Positions 30,636 to 40,482 of a DNA stretch of 64,000 nucleotides are shown here, one piece after another. Both the position numbers and the translations under genes were made by a program. Under the pieces are notes generated by a model. It was not told the DNA's origin. It was given only the letters and a program-made list of their open reading frames with translations, and searched no databases. This stretch comes from an uncultured Clostridia bacterium (GTDB lineage Bacteria > Bacillota > Clostridia > Christensenellales > UBA1242): NCBI GenBank assembly GCA_930979925.1, contig CAKNIB010000001.1, positions 95,597-159,596 on the forward strand, read 5' to 3'. Position 1 is the stretch's first letter; every line of letters starts with the position of its first letter.

Positions 30636-33041
30636 ATGAAGGTAACATATAACTGGTTAAGAGAGTTTGTAGACGTCAACGCGAGCCCTGAGGATATTGC
30701 AAGTAGATTGACATCGGCTGGAATGGAAGTTGAAGAGATAATTTATCAAAATGCTCATCTCCATGACGTAGTTGTAGGTAGAATTCTAAAAATAGAGAAA
30801 CATCCACAAGCGGACAAACTTGTAGTTTGTCAGGTCGATATTGGTAAGGAAATTACTCAAATAATCACCGCTGCAACTAATGTTTTTGAAGGAGCGCTCG
30901 TCCCTGTAAGTTTGCCTGGTGCCGACCTTGCAAATGGAATTAAAATACAAAAAGCCAAAATGAGAGGAGTGGAGTCTTGTGGTATGTTCTGCTCAGGTGA
31001 GGAGCTTGGCATAGATGAAAACTATTTTGAAGGTGCTGGCGTAAATGGTATTTTGATTTTGCCTAGCGACATGGTGCCAGGCACTCCAATTGACAAAGCG
31101 CTTAAACTTGACGATGTAATTTTTGATGTTAACATAACTCCAAATAGAGCTGATTGTATGAGCGTAATTGGACTTGCTAGAGAGGTTTGTGCGCTCTATG
31201 GCGTTCCTATGCGTAAGGTTAACTTAAGCTATGATATTGATGTTTACGCAAAAGATACGGTTAGAGATTATGTGAACGTCAATGTGACTACTCCAAACTG
31301 TCAAAGATATATGGCTTCTGCTATAACCAATGTTAAGATTGAAAGGTCTCCTCTATGGATGAGAGCTAGACTTAATGCTGTTGGTATTAAACCAATAAAT
31401 ACTATGGTCGACATAACAAACTATGTTTTGATAGAAATGGGACAACCACTTCACGCTTTTGACCAAGAATTAATAGCTGGAAGCCAAATTAATGTTAGAC
31501 AGGCAAAGCTTGACGAAAGTATCACAGCACTAAATCACAATACTTATAACCTTGATGATTCTATTATGGTTATAGCTGACTCTGAAAAACCTATGGTTAT
31601 CGCAGGTGTTATTGGTGGTACAAACTCTTGTATAAATGATAACACCAAAAAATGTGTTCTTGAGAGTGCAGTTTTTGACCTTAAATCAATAAGGCTTACA
31701 AGTAGAAAAATTGGTGTCAGAACGGACTCTTCTGCAAGATATTCTAAAGGTGTAAATGTCGCTAATGCTGAATTGGGTATGGCTAGAGCTCTCCACCTAG
31801 TCTCAAAAATAGGTTGTGGAAAGGTAGTGCGAGGGTCAATTGATATAGCATCTGTAAAAAATGAGGCAAGAAAGATTACTGTATCAGTCAATCTTATAAA
31901 CCAAATATTAGGTTTGCAAATTCCGTCAAATGACATGCTTAGAATTCTAAATAATTTAGGCATTGAAAGCACAATTGCAGGAGACCGTATAACTTGCATT
32001 ATTCCACCTTACAGAGAAGACCTTGAAAATGACTATGACATAGCTGAAGAGGTTATAAGACTATATGGTTACGCGGCTTACGACAATGTGAATTATGAGT
32101 TATTCCAAAATTCTGCTGTTACAGAAGGGCATCATCATCCAAGACTCTTAATGGAGAGAAAGTTTAGAAATGCTTTAGTCGAACACGGATTTTTCGAGAA
32201 TGTTTCATATACTTTAGTACCAAGCGATATGGCAGACAGGCTACTTATAGAGGATGGCGATATACGCAATAATCTTATAAGAATTGCAAATCCTATAAGC
32301 GAGGATATTTCGTGCATGAGAACTTCTCTAGCACAATCATTGTTTACTAATATTGCCTACAACCTTAGCGTTGGTAATAAGAATTTAAGAATGTTTGAAT
32401 GTGGAAGAATTTATCTGACTGACAAACTACCATTAGATAAGCTTCCAACAGAAAAGAACATGATTGCGCTTGCAACATGTGAAGAGGGCTTTGATTTCTT
32501 TAATATGAAAGGGATACTAGAGGGCTTACTTGAAAAAACATCATTATCATACCAGCTTGAAAGGTCTAAAGAGCCATATTTGCATCCAGGAATTTCGGCA
32601 GATATTATTGCAGATAATAAAAAGATAGGCTCTTTTGGTCAGATACATCCATCGGTAGCTAAAAATTACGGACTGCCAAATAATGTCATATATGCAGAGA
32701 TTGATGATGACTATCTTGCTAGTCTTCCAACTAAGAAGATAGTTGCAAAGGCTATATCTAAGTATCCAATAGTTGAGCGAGACCTTGCAGTTGTAGTAGA
32801 CGAATCGGTTACTGCCCAAGAAATGCTAGACGCTATTAAATCTGCTTGTGGAAATCTATACTATAGCAGTGAGATTTTTGATATTTATAGAAGCGATGCG
32901 ATAGGTGAAAATAAAAAGAGTATGGCATTTAATGTTAAGCTTTCTGATATGAATAAAACGTTAACCGATGAAGAGGTAAACAAGATTATGCAAAAGATAT
33001 TGAAGGCGTTTACCTACAAATTTGGAGCGGTTTTGCGATGA
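30636..33041 (+). CDS. pheT: Phenylalanyl-tRNA synthetase beta subunit
   Basis: 801 aa with tRNA-binding OB N-terminus, B3/4, B5 and FDX-ACB C-terminus. pheST operon. Confidence 0.95.
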   Translation: MKVTYNWLREFVDVNASPEDIASRLTSAGMEVEEIIYQNAHLHDVVVGRILKIEKHPQADKLVVCQVDIGKEITQIITAATNVFEGALVPVSLPGADLANGIKIQKAKMRGVESCGMFCSGEELGIDENYFEGAGVNGILILPSDMVPGTPIDKALKLDDVIFDVNITPNRADCMSVIGLAREVCALYGVPMRKVNLSYDIDVYAKDTVRDYVNVNVTTPNCQRYMASAITNVKIERSPLWMRARLNAVGIKPINTMVDITNYVLIEMGQPLHAFDQELIAGSQINVRQAKLDESITALNHNTYNLDDSIMVIADSEKPMVIAGVIGGTNSCINDNTKKCVLESAVFDLKSIRLTSRKIGVRTDSSARYSKGVNVANAELGMARALHLVSKIGCGKVVRGSIDIASVKNEARKITVSVNLINQILGLQIPSNDMLRILNNLGIESTIAGDRITCIIPPYREDLENDYDIAEEVIRLYGYAAYDNVNYELFQNSAVTEGHHHPRLLMERKFRNALVEHGFFENVSYTLVPSDMADRLLIEDGDIRNNLIRIANPISEDISCMRTSLAQSLFTNIAYNLSVGNKNLRMFECGRIYLTDKLPLDKLPTEKNMIALATCEEGFDFFNMKGILEGLLEKTSLSYQLERSKEPYLHPGISADIIADNKKIGSFGQIHPSVAKNYGLPNNVIYAEIDDDYLASLPTKKIVAKAISKYPIVERDLAVVVDESVTAQEMLDAIKSACGNLYYSSEIFDIYRSDAIGENKKSMAFNVKLSDMNKTLTDEEVNKIMQKILKAFTYKFGAVLR

Positions 33042-34153
33042 TATATCTAGACAATGCTGCAACCACTAAAATGTATGAAGGAGGGGTGGACATATATAAA
33101 AAATATGCCTGCCAATCTTTTTATAACCCATCAGCTGGCTATAGAGAGGCTACAAATATAGCTCATGACTTAGACAATGTGAGAAATAAAATGCTAGCTA
33201 AACTAAAAGCGACAAAAGGTAAAATCATTTTCACTGGCGGTGCAACTGAAAGCAATAACCTTGCCATATTTGGTAGTAGACGTAATGGCAAATGGGAATA
33301 TATCTTTTCTGTTGGTGAGCATCCAAGTGTTTACAACGGCGCTTTAGAACTTGAAAGACAGGGCTTTACTGTGCATTTTGTAGGTTTACAAAAAAATGGA
33401 CAAATTGATTATAATCAACTTGAGGGCTTAGTTAATGAAAGAACTAGACTAATCTCAGTAATGCATGTAAGTAATGAGACTGGCGCCATCAACGACTTAA
33501 AAAAGATTGACCAAATAAGACAAAAGCATTGTCCAAAAGCTCTATTTCATGTTGATGGCGTGCAGGCATTTTGTAAACTGACATTTAGCGTAGATGATTT
33601 TAATGCCGATTTATATACATTTTCAGCACATAAATTTCATGGGCCAAAAGGCGTTGGTGGATTATATGTTAGAAATATTTCAAGCCTAAAAAACATCGTT
33701 TTTGGTGGAGGGCAAGAAGAAGGTTATCGCTCTGGGACTGAAAATGTTGGCGGTATAATGGCTATGGGCTTTGCGGTTGAGCATTATAATACCCAAGAGA
33801 ATTTTGAAAAGGTAGCAAGCCTGCAAAAGATATTCTTAAAATATCTTGACGAGGCTGGAGTGGATTATTTAAAGACTGATAATCCATATATAGTAAGCGC
33901 TAGTTTTAAAGGTGTTAACGGCGAGACGTTAATGCGAGTTCTGCAAGACAAGGGAGTCCTTGTAGGAATTGGTAGCGCGTGCTCGGCTAAAAAGGCTGGC
34001 AACCGCATACTAGAGAATATGGGACTTAGCAAAGATGAGGTAAAGTCGCATATTAGGATTTCGTTTAGTGAAGAATTGTCGTTAAACGAAGTAGAAATGG
34101 CAGGGCAGATAATCACTCAAGCATATAAAGAAATATTGGAGAAGGTTAAATGA
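33038..34153 (+). CDS. iscS: Cysteine desulfurase (NifS/IscS-like, ThiI partner)
   Basis: IYLDNAATT, PLP-lysine SAHKFHGPKGVG, catalytic GSACSA. Start overlaps the pheT stop and the stop overlaps the thiI start. Confidence 0.85.
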   Translation: MIYLDNAATTKMYEGGVDIYKKYACQSFYNPSAGYREATNIAHDLDNVRNKMLAKLKATKGKIIFTGGATESNNLAIFGSRRNGKWEYIFSVGEHPSVYNGALELERQGFTVHFVGLQKNGQIDYNQLEGLVNERTRLISVMHVSNETGAINDLKKIDQIRQKHCPKALFHVDGVQAFCKLTFSVDDFNADLYTFSAHKFHGPKGVGGLYVRNISSLKNIVFGGGQEEGYRSGTENVGGIMAMGFAVEHYNTQENFEKVASLQKIFLKYLDEAGVDYLKTDNPYIVSASFKGVNGETLMRVLQDKGVLVGIGSACSAKKAGNRILENMGLSKDEVKSHIRISFSEELSLNEVEMAGQIITQAYKEILEKVK

Positions 34154-35307
34154 AAGTTATACTTTTAAGGTTTGGCGAACTATATTTAAAAGGTCACAAT
34201 CGCAATGTTTTTGAAAACACTCTTATAGACAACATTAAAAAGATGTTACAGGGCGAAGAATTTAAATTTGAAAAGACATTTGGAAGGTACGTTATCTCAG
34301 ATTATAAAGAGGATCGAGAAAACGAAATCGTTAAAAAGCTTAAGAAGGTTTTTGGTCTTTACAGTTTAAGTAAAGCGCGTGAAGTGGAAGCGGATGTAAA
34401 TAAGATTAAAGAGTGTGTTAAAGGTATAGATTGCAAAAATACCAGTTTTAAAGTTTTTGTAAAACGTGCTGACAAAAATTTTCCTATACCTTCAATGGAG
34501 TTTGCAAAAGAACTTGGCGAGCTTGTGCTAGAGACAAATGAGGGAAGCTTTGTTGACCTTTATAATCCTCAGAAAGAAATCCATGTTGACATAAGATTTA
34601 ATGGTAAAGCTTATATATTTAGCGAGACTATAAAATGCCTAGGGGGACTGCCTCTTGGTAGCTCAGGCAAGGGATTATTATTGTTAAGCGGAGGCATAGA
34701 TAGTCCTGTTGCAGGATTTCTCATGGCAAAAAGAGGAATGACGCTAGAGGCTCTTCATTTTCATAGCTATCCTTATACTTCAGAGCAAGCGAAAGAAAAG
34801 GTTGTAACCTTAGCAAAAGAGCTCTCTGAGTATACTGGGGAGATAAAACTTCATGTTATATCTTTTACGCGCGTGCAAGAAGAAATACACAAGCGTTGCA
34901 AAGACGAGTTTATGATAACGATAATGCGCCGTATTATGATGAGGGTGGCAGAGCGGTTGTGTGAGAAGCATGACCTCGGTGCTGTTATAACAGGTGAGAG
35001 CTTAGGACAAGTCGCAAGTCAAACAATGCAAAGTATGACAGTGACGGGCGATGTTGTAAAATATAAGCCAATTTTTAGACCTTGCATTGCCATGGATAAA
35101 GAAGAAATAATGAAGATAGCAAAAGAGATTGAAACATATCAAACATCAATACTGCCATATGAGGATTGTTGTACAGTTTTTCTACCTAAGAACCCAGTTA
35201 TAAAACCAACCATAAAGCAAGCAGAAAGAGAAGAGGAGTATTTAAATGTTGAGGCGCTAGTAGAACAGGCTCTTGAGTCAGAAGAGATAATCGTATGTAA
35301 TAAATAG
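34150..35307 (+). CDS. thiI: tRNA 4-thiouridine synthase ThiI
   Basis: THUMP region and PP-loop SGGIDSPVA. Confidence 0.92.
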   Translation: MKVILLRFGELYLKGHNRNVFENTLIDNIKKMLQGEEFKFEKTFGRYVISDYKEDRENEIVKKLKKVFGLYSLSKAREVEADVNKIKECVKGIDCKNTSFKVFVKRADKNFPIPSMEFAKELGELVLETNEGSFVDLYNPQKEIHVDIRFNGKAYIFSETIKCLGGLPLGSSGKGLLLLSGGIDSPVAGFLMAKRGMTLEALHFHSYPYTSEQAKEKVVTLAKELSEYTGEIKLHVISFTRVQEEIHKRCKDEFMITIMRRIMMRVAERLCEKHDLGAVITGESLGQVASQTMQSMTVTGDVVKYKPIFRPCIAMDKEEIMKIAKEIETYQTSILPYEDCCTVFLPKNPVIKPTIKQAEREEEYLNVEALVEQALESEEIIVCNK

Positions 35308-35327
35308 GGTATTTTAATTTAGATAGA

Positions 35328-35356
35328 AATCACCAGAGTTGCTGGTGATTTTTTAT
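35328..35356 (+). terminator. Rho-independent terminator after thiI
   Basis: AAATCACCAG / CTGGTGATT stem and a T-run. Confidence 0.8.
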
Positions 35357-35460
35357 GTCTTGCTTCAAGGGTGGTTCCTTTGCCATTATGTATATCAATC
35401 AATATTTATGCTTTTGCCATTTATAAATTTACATTTTATGCAATAACTATTAAAAATTGT

Positions 35461-35556
35461 TGCATAAATATACAAAAATCACTTGCATAATTATAAATTA
35501 TATTGTATAATAATCAAAAACGAGCGAATATCTATAAATTCATAATTATGCATAAA
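35461..35556 (+). promoter_or_regulatory. argR promoter with ARG-box-like TGCATAA/TTATGCA half-sites
   Basis: TTGCAT-17-TATAAT (35483-35511). TGCATAA at 35461 and 35484. Near-palindrome TTCATAATTATGCA at 35539-35552. Confidence 0.45.
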
Positions 35557-35603
35557 TGCTGTAGCCCTTTATTTATAAGGTCTATAGCGATTAAGGAGAA
35601 GAA

Positions 35604-36056
35604 ATGGCAAGGAGCGCACGACAATCAAAAATTCTTGAACTTATATCCACAAAGGAAATAGAGACTCAAGATGAACTGGCAAGAGAACTACGAAATGCAA
35701 ATTTTGATATCACACAAGCTACTATATCAAGAGATATTAAGGAGCTTGGTCTTACCAAAATCCTTTCTAGTTCTGGCAAGTATAAGTATTGTTTTGTTGG
35801 CTCGGATGAACAGGTAATTTCAAATAAGTACATAACAATTTTTAAAGAGTCGGTTATATCAGTAAAAGTAGCTATGAACTTGGTTGTGATAAAAACGATG
35901 AAGGGACTGGGCTCAGGGCTTTCAAGTTTTGTTGATAAACTTAATATCAATGAGCTGATGGGCGCTGTTAGCGGTGATGATACGGTAATGTTAATCTTCC
36001 CTACCACAACACTTGCAAGCCAAGCAGTAGTAACTTTAAATGATATGTTAAATTAG
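35604..36056 (+). CDS. argR: Arginine repressor
   Basis: RQSKILELI...TQDELARELRNANFDITQATISRDIKEL wHTH and a C-terminal GAVSGDDTVMLI oligomerisation/arginine site. Confidence 0.93.
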   Translation: MARSARQSKILELISTKEIETQDELARELRNANFDITQATISRDIKELGLTKILSSSGKYKYCFVGSDEQVISNKYITIFKESVISVKVAMNLVVIKTMKGLGSGLSSFVDKLNINELMGAVSGDDTVMLIFPTTTLASQAVVTLNDMLN

Positions 36057-36073
36057 GCAAAAGAGGTTTAGTT

Positions 36074-37735
36074 ATGCTTCAAACATTGTTTATAAAAAAT
36101 GTTGCATTAATATCTTCTCTTACAATTGATTTTGGAAGAGGTTTAAATATTCTTTTGGGTGAAACGGGCGCTGGAAAAAGTATCATTTTTGACGCTTTAA
36201 ATTTTGTCCTCGGCGAAAAGGCAGATAAAACGCTAATACGTTCTGGAGAAGATATGATGCGCGTGGACGCAGTTTTCTCCTCTTTAAACGCACAGGCTAG
36301 CGCGCAACTCGAAGAGCTTGGTTTTAGTGATGAGGAGCTTGCTCTTTCAAGAACCTATTCGCTGGATGGTAAATCAGTGATTCGTGTCAATGGCGTTCCT
36401 ACATCACAAAGCGTTTTAAAGGAAATTGGTAGTATTTTAGTCAACAGCTATTCTCAGCATGAAAGTGTCGATTTATTAAAAGTAAAAAATCATTTATCAA
36501 TGCTAGATAAGTTTGGCGGAAATGATATTAAAAATCTAAAAGACATTGTCAAAGAAGAATATCAAGCACTTTCTGAGATTGAAAAGAAAATAAAATTGCT
36601 TGGTGGAGATGACTTTGAAAGAGAAAGAACCAAATCTCTGCTTGCATATCAAATTAAGGAAATAGAAGATGCTAGACTTGAGGTTGGCGAAGATAAGGAT
36701 TTGCAGGAGCGGTTGCAATTTTTAAATAATGCTGAAAAGATTTATCAGGCAATCTCTTATTGCGAGCAGCTTCTTTCTGACAGCGCTGACTCTTGTATTA
36801 ACGAGCTTCAACAGTCATCATCCTATCTTTCAGCAGTTTCAGGATTTGAAAACATAGATGATTGCAAAAGCAGATTGGATAGTGCAAGACTGGAAATAGA
36901 GGATATTTATCAAACCTTATTAGACATAAAGGGTGATGCCGAGTTTGATGAGGAAGAATACGAAAGACTTGATAGACGACATGATTTAATCAAATCGCTT
37001 ATTAAAAAGTATGGTGGAAGTATAGAAAAGACTTTAGATTATCTTGAGCAAGCTAAAGCTCAATTAGATGAATTGGATGATAGTGCAAACCTTATTGCTA
37101 AGCTCGAGCAAGATAAGAAAGAATTGTTGGCAAGATTAAAGAATAGTGCTGATAACTTGACCGAGACAAGACAAAAGGTAGCTCAAGACATATCCATAAA
37201 AATCACAAAAGAGCTTCATGAGTTAGGAATGAAATCAAGCCTTTTTGAGACAAAGTTTAAAAAACTTGATGAGATTGGTTATAACGGACAAGATGATGTG
37301 GAGTTTGTATTCTCTGCAAATAAGGGGCAAGAACTTAAGTCTTTATCGAAAACGGCTTCAGGTGGTGAGCTTAGCAGGTTTATGCTTGCAGTCAAGAACA
37401 TTTTTTTAAGTATAGGGAGTGCAGAGACGCTTATATTTGACGAGATTGATGCAGGTATAAGCGGAGAAACAGGTAATATTGTGGGGCAAAAATTGCATAA
37501 GATAACAGATTTTGCTCAAGTTATATGTATAACCCACTTGCCACAAGTAGCTTGCTATGGAGATGACTTCTATTATGTTAGCAAAAAGGAAGATGATAAA
37601 TCTACTCAAACAAATGTTAAACATCTCGAAGGTGACGAAGTTGTATCGGGCATAGCTAGACTTATTGCTGGTGATAATATCAGTGATATTGCGCTCTCTC
37701 ATGCGAGGGAGATGGTATCGCTCGCTAGAAAATAA
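36074..37735 (+). CDS. recN: DNA repair protein RecN
   Basis: Walker A GETGAGKS, long coiled coil, signature SGGELSR, Walker B LIFDEID. Confidence 0.95.
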   Translation: MLQTLFIKNVALISSLTIDFGRGLNILLGETGAGKSIIFDALNFVLGEKADKTLIRSGEDMMRVDAVFSSLNAQASAQLEELGFSDEELALSRTYSLDGKSVIRVNGVPTSQSVLKEIGSILVNSYSQHESVDLLKVKNHLSMLDKFGGNDIKNLKDIVKEEYQALSEIEKKIKLLGGDDFERERTKSLLAYQIKEIEDARLEVGEDKDLQERLQFLNNAEKIYQAISYCEQLLSDSADSCINELQQSSSYLSAVSGFENIDDCKSRLDSARLEIEDIYQTLLDIKGDAEFDEEEYERLDRRHDLIKSLIKKYGGSIEKTLDYLEQAKAQLDELDDSANLIAKLEQDKKELLARLKNSADNLTETRQKVAQDISIKITKELHELGMKSSLFETKFKKLDEIGYNGQDDVEFVFSANKGQELKSLSKTASGGELSRFMLAVKNIFLSIGSAETLIFDEIDAGISGETGNIVGQKLHKITDFAQVICITHLPQVACYGDDFYYVSKKEDDKSTQTNVKHLEGDEVVSGIARLIAGDNISDIALSHAREMVSLARK

Positions 37736-37805
37736 AGTGTATAATTTTTGGTATAATGAATAGACTAATATTTGTATTAGTCTATTTTTTTATCTAGGAG
37801 GAAGT

Positions 37806-39014
37806 ATGAAAAAACATAAGCATTTTATTTACATAATCTTGGTCTTACTTTTTTCGTTGTTACTTCTTGATAATGTTAATGTGGAAAAGTTATATAACCT
37901 TAAAGATGGATTTTATACAAATTATAGCGAAGTTGAAAATGTTAGCAAAGAGGGTAAATTTGGTAGGTTTGTTTCTCTTTCATTAAAAGATGATGAGCTT
38001 CAAACTGGATGTAATAACGATGGTGAAGGCTCGGTTATATTTAAGTTATTTGGCTTTATTCCTATTAAAAAAGTTGATGTAAAATTGCTTCCTGAGGATG
38101 AGGTGTTTGTAGGCGGAGTGCCAATAGGACTTTCTGTTGAAACTGATGGCGCAGTCGTTGTGAGTGATGTTCTAGTGGACACTCAGCACAACCAAGTGAT
38201 AAAGAATAAGGTTATAAAGAGCGGAGATATTATAAAAAAGATAAATGATGTTGAAATAGCGTCCATCGACGATATAACGACAGCATTAAACACAAATCAT
38301 GATGCTTTGGCAAACATTGAAGTTATTCGTGATAATAAAAGAAAAAATCTTGAGGTAGAGCTACTAAAGGATAAGGATAATCATTACAAACTGGGCGTAT
38401 GGGTTAAAAATGATGTTTCTGGAATAGGCACTTTGACTTTTGTCAGAAAGACTGATAGTGCCTTCGGAGCCCTAGGACATCCAGTAACAAATGCTGGAAG
38501 TGATACAGTTGTACCAATAGCAGATGGAGATGTTTACGATTGTAATATAATAGGCGTTAATAAGGGACAAAGAAATCAACCGGGTGAGCTAAGGGGAGTT
38601 TTCTTGCAAAAAAACTCAAAGGGGAAAATTTCTAAAAATACACCATATGGAATTTTTGGAAAGTTAAATGATTATGAAGGTCTTGTAGATACAAATGTAT
38701 CACTAAAAATAGGGGGTAGATTAAGCGTCAAACCTGGCAAGGCTAAGATAATTTCCAGTGTTAGTGGCATAAGAGAGGAATATGATATTGAGATAATAAA
38801 AGCTAATTTTCAGTCAAAGAGTAGCGACAAAAGCATTGTATTTAGGGTGACAGATAAAAGACTTCTTGATATCACAGGCGGGATTGTGCAAGGCATGAGT
38901 GGTTCTCCTATAGTACAAGATGGCAAACTTGTCGGCGCTGTTACACACGTCTTTTTATCGGATTCTACTAAAGGATATGGCGTCTATAGCGATTGGATGT
39001 TAGAACAGCTTTAA
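37806..39014 (+). CDS. spoIVB: Stage IV sporulation protein B (SpoIVB, S55 peptidase)
   Basis: Signal anchor, PDZ, GTLTF...GALGH...GMSGSPIV catalytic Ser context. argR-recN-spoIVB synteny. Confidence 0.92.
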   Translation: MKKHKHFIYIILVLLFSLLLLDNVNVEKLYNLKDGFYTNYSEVENVSKEGKFGRFVSLSLKDDELQTGCNNDGEGSVIFKLFGFIPIKKVDVKLLPEDEVFVGGVPIGLSVETDGAVVVSDVLVDTQHNQVIKNKVIKSGDIIKKINDVEIASIDDITTALNTNHDALANIEVIRDNKRKNLEVELLKDKDNHYKLGVWVKNDVSGIGTLTFVRKTDSAFGALGHPVTNAGSDTVVPIADGDVYDCNIIGVNKGQRNQPGELRGVFLQKNSKGKISKNTPYGIFGKLNDYEGLVDTNVSLKIGGRLSVKPGKAKIISSVSGIREEYDIEIIKANFQSKSSDKSIVFRVTDKRLLDITGGIVQGMSGSPIVQDGKLVGAVTHVFLSDSTKGYGVYSDWMLEQL

Positions 39015-39037
39015 AAAGCAAATATATACTAGTTATT

Positions 39038-39080
39038 AAAAAATAAGTTTAGAATACAATTTAAGCTTATTTTTTATGTT
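39038..39080 (+). terminator. Rho-independent terminator after spoIVB
   Basis: AAAAAATAAG / CTTATTTTTT arms plus inner pairs, followed by a T-run. Confidence 0.55.
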
Positions 39081-39090
39081 ACAAAAATTA

Positions 39091-39140
39091 ATCAAAAATA
39101 AAAAGAAGTCAAAACTCATAATTCATCAGCTTGGCTTCTT
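39091..39140 (-). terminator. Rho-independent terminator of the recombinase gene
   Basis: On the - strand, AAGAAGCCAA / TTGACTTCTT (10 bp, one G-U) is followed by TTTATTTTT. Confidence 0.65.
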
Positions 39141-39210
39141 TCTATCTAATGTGAAGCATATCTCCTTCACACTATTATCTTGTGCAGGTTTCAGGATATT
39201 ATGCATGAAT

Positions 39211-40245
39211 TTAAGAATTAATTTTAACAATTTCAGCAATATTTTTTCTCATATCTTCACTAATAGCGGCATAGTGTTTTTTGGTTGTGTTTACATCTTT
39301 ATGACCCAGAACATCGGCAACAATGTAAATATCTTTGGTCTCTTTATATAAATTTGTACCATATGTGCTTCTAAGCTTATGAGGGGAGATTTTCTTAAGT
39401 GGCGAGGCAACCTGTGCATATTTTTTAACAAGGTTTTCTACAGCTCGAACGGAAATTCTTTTATTTTGAAGAGATATAAACATAGCGTTTTCTTCTTCTG
39501 GCAAGCCTAAAGTAGCTCGTTTTTCTAGCCACGTTTTAAGTGCCATGGCAACTTCTTTAGAAAAATATAGCGTTGTTTGATTTCCGCCTTTTCTTGTCAC
39601 CAAAAATGCATTTTGACTAAAATCAAAGCTTTCAACATTTAATCCAACAAGCTCTGAAATACGAATACCTGTACCTAAAAATAGGGTAACTATTGCATTG
39701 TCTCTTTCAAAGTTATTCTTTAGATATTCCCGTTGGCGAGGGGAGAACTCAGTTGGATTTTCAATGGTTTGCATCATTCTTTTTACTTCATCTTTTTCAA
39801 GCCTGATAATTTCTTTTGTGTGAAGTTTAGGTGTTTCTATTTTGCTTGCCACATTCGAATTAATCATATCATGATTAAAAAGGTATTTGAAAAAACTACG
39901 CAAAGATGCCAGTTTTCTAGCTTTGCCTTTCTCGTCATTTTTATATTGTTTCCCATCTATTTCGTAGTATGAAAGATAGGATAAATATTGCTCCAAGTTT
40001 CTTGATTTTAACAAATCTAAGTCTTCAAGGGTAATTTCTTCTATGGTTTTATGAAACTGAAACCTAGATAGGTAGTCATAAAAGATATATAAATCCATTG
40101 CATAGTTATATCTTGTAAGGGTTGATGTATTGTTTTCAATACCTATAAAGAAATCCATGCAATAGTCGGGGAGTTTTTCTGTGTATTTTGCCATCCTTTG
40201 TCTATTAAGGATATCTCGTTTTTCATAATAATTCATCTTTGCCAT
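39211..40245 (-). CDS. Tyrosine site-specific recombinase, Xer family (XerS-like architecture)
   Basis: C-terminal catalytic HKLRSTYGTNLY...LGHKDVNTTKKHY and the GIRISELVGL...VTRKGGN block. No phage genes flank it. Sits next to the gene-polarity switch. Confidence 0.85.
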   Translation of the reverse strand: MAKMNYYEKRDILNRQRMAKYTEKLPDYCMDFFIGIENNTSTLTRYNYAMDLYIFYDYLSRFQFHKTIEEITLEDLDLLKSRNLEQYLSYLSYYEIDGKQYKNDEKGKARKLASLRSFFKYLFNHDMINSNVASKIETPKLHTKEIIRLEKDEVKRMMQTIENPTEFSPRQREYLKNNFERDNAIVTLFLGTGIRISELVGLNVESFDFSQNAFLVTRKGGNQTTLYFSKEVAMALKTWLEKRATLGLPEEENAMFISLQNKRISVRAVENLVKKYAQVASPLKKISPHKLRSTYGTNLYKETKDIYIVADVLGHKDVNTTKKHYAAISEDMRKNIAEIVKINS

Positions 40246-40354
40246 GCTATAATTATAGCATAACTAAATAGAAAAAATCAAATATTTTTCACTATCTATT
40301 CGTAAAATCCTCTAAAAGCTATATTTAGTGACTATAATGTGAATACTAAATACA

Positions 40355-40367
40355 TTATATAGTATTA
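40355..40367 (-). repeat. Recurrent intergenic motif, copy D (TAATACTATATAA core on the - strand)
   Basis: Exact 13-mer shared with 44054-44066 and 49640-49652. Lies 110 nt upstream of the recombinase ATG within an imperfect inverted repeat. Confidence 0.75.
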
Positions 40368-40427
40368 CGACTATTTTTAGGTCAAAATTTTACATTACAA
40401 TTAATTTTTTTAAAGTCTATAAATCAT

Positions 40428-40456
40428 TTGACTATTTTTGTTAATCAAAGTATAAT
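40428..40456 (+). promoter_or_regulatory. Sigma-A-type promoter for serS
   Basis: TTGACT, 17 nt, TATAAT. No T-box is visible in the leader. Confidence 0.65.
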
Positions 40457-40482
40457 TAATAAAGAAACTGAAGGAGTTTATT

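Noticed and set aside
39076-39351. 91-aa + strand ORF after spoIVB
   Set aside because: It overlaps two terminators and the 3' end of the recombinase gene. It has no RBS and a low-complexity hydrophobic sequence.
39211-40245. The recombinase as the integrase responsible for the tRNA-Leu att-like scar (prophage or island boundary)
   Set aside because: It lies 12 kb from the tRNA, separated by core genes (pheST, iscS-thiI, argR-recN-spoIVB). There are no phage or ICE genes, and no copy of the tRNA 3' end near the recombinase.
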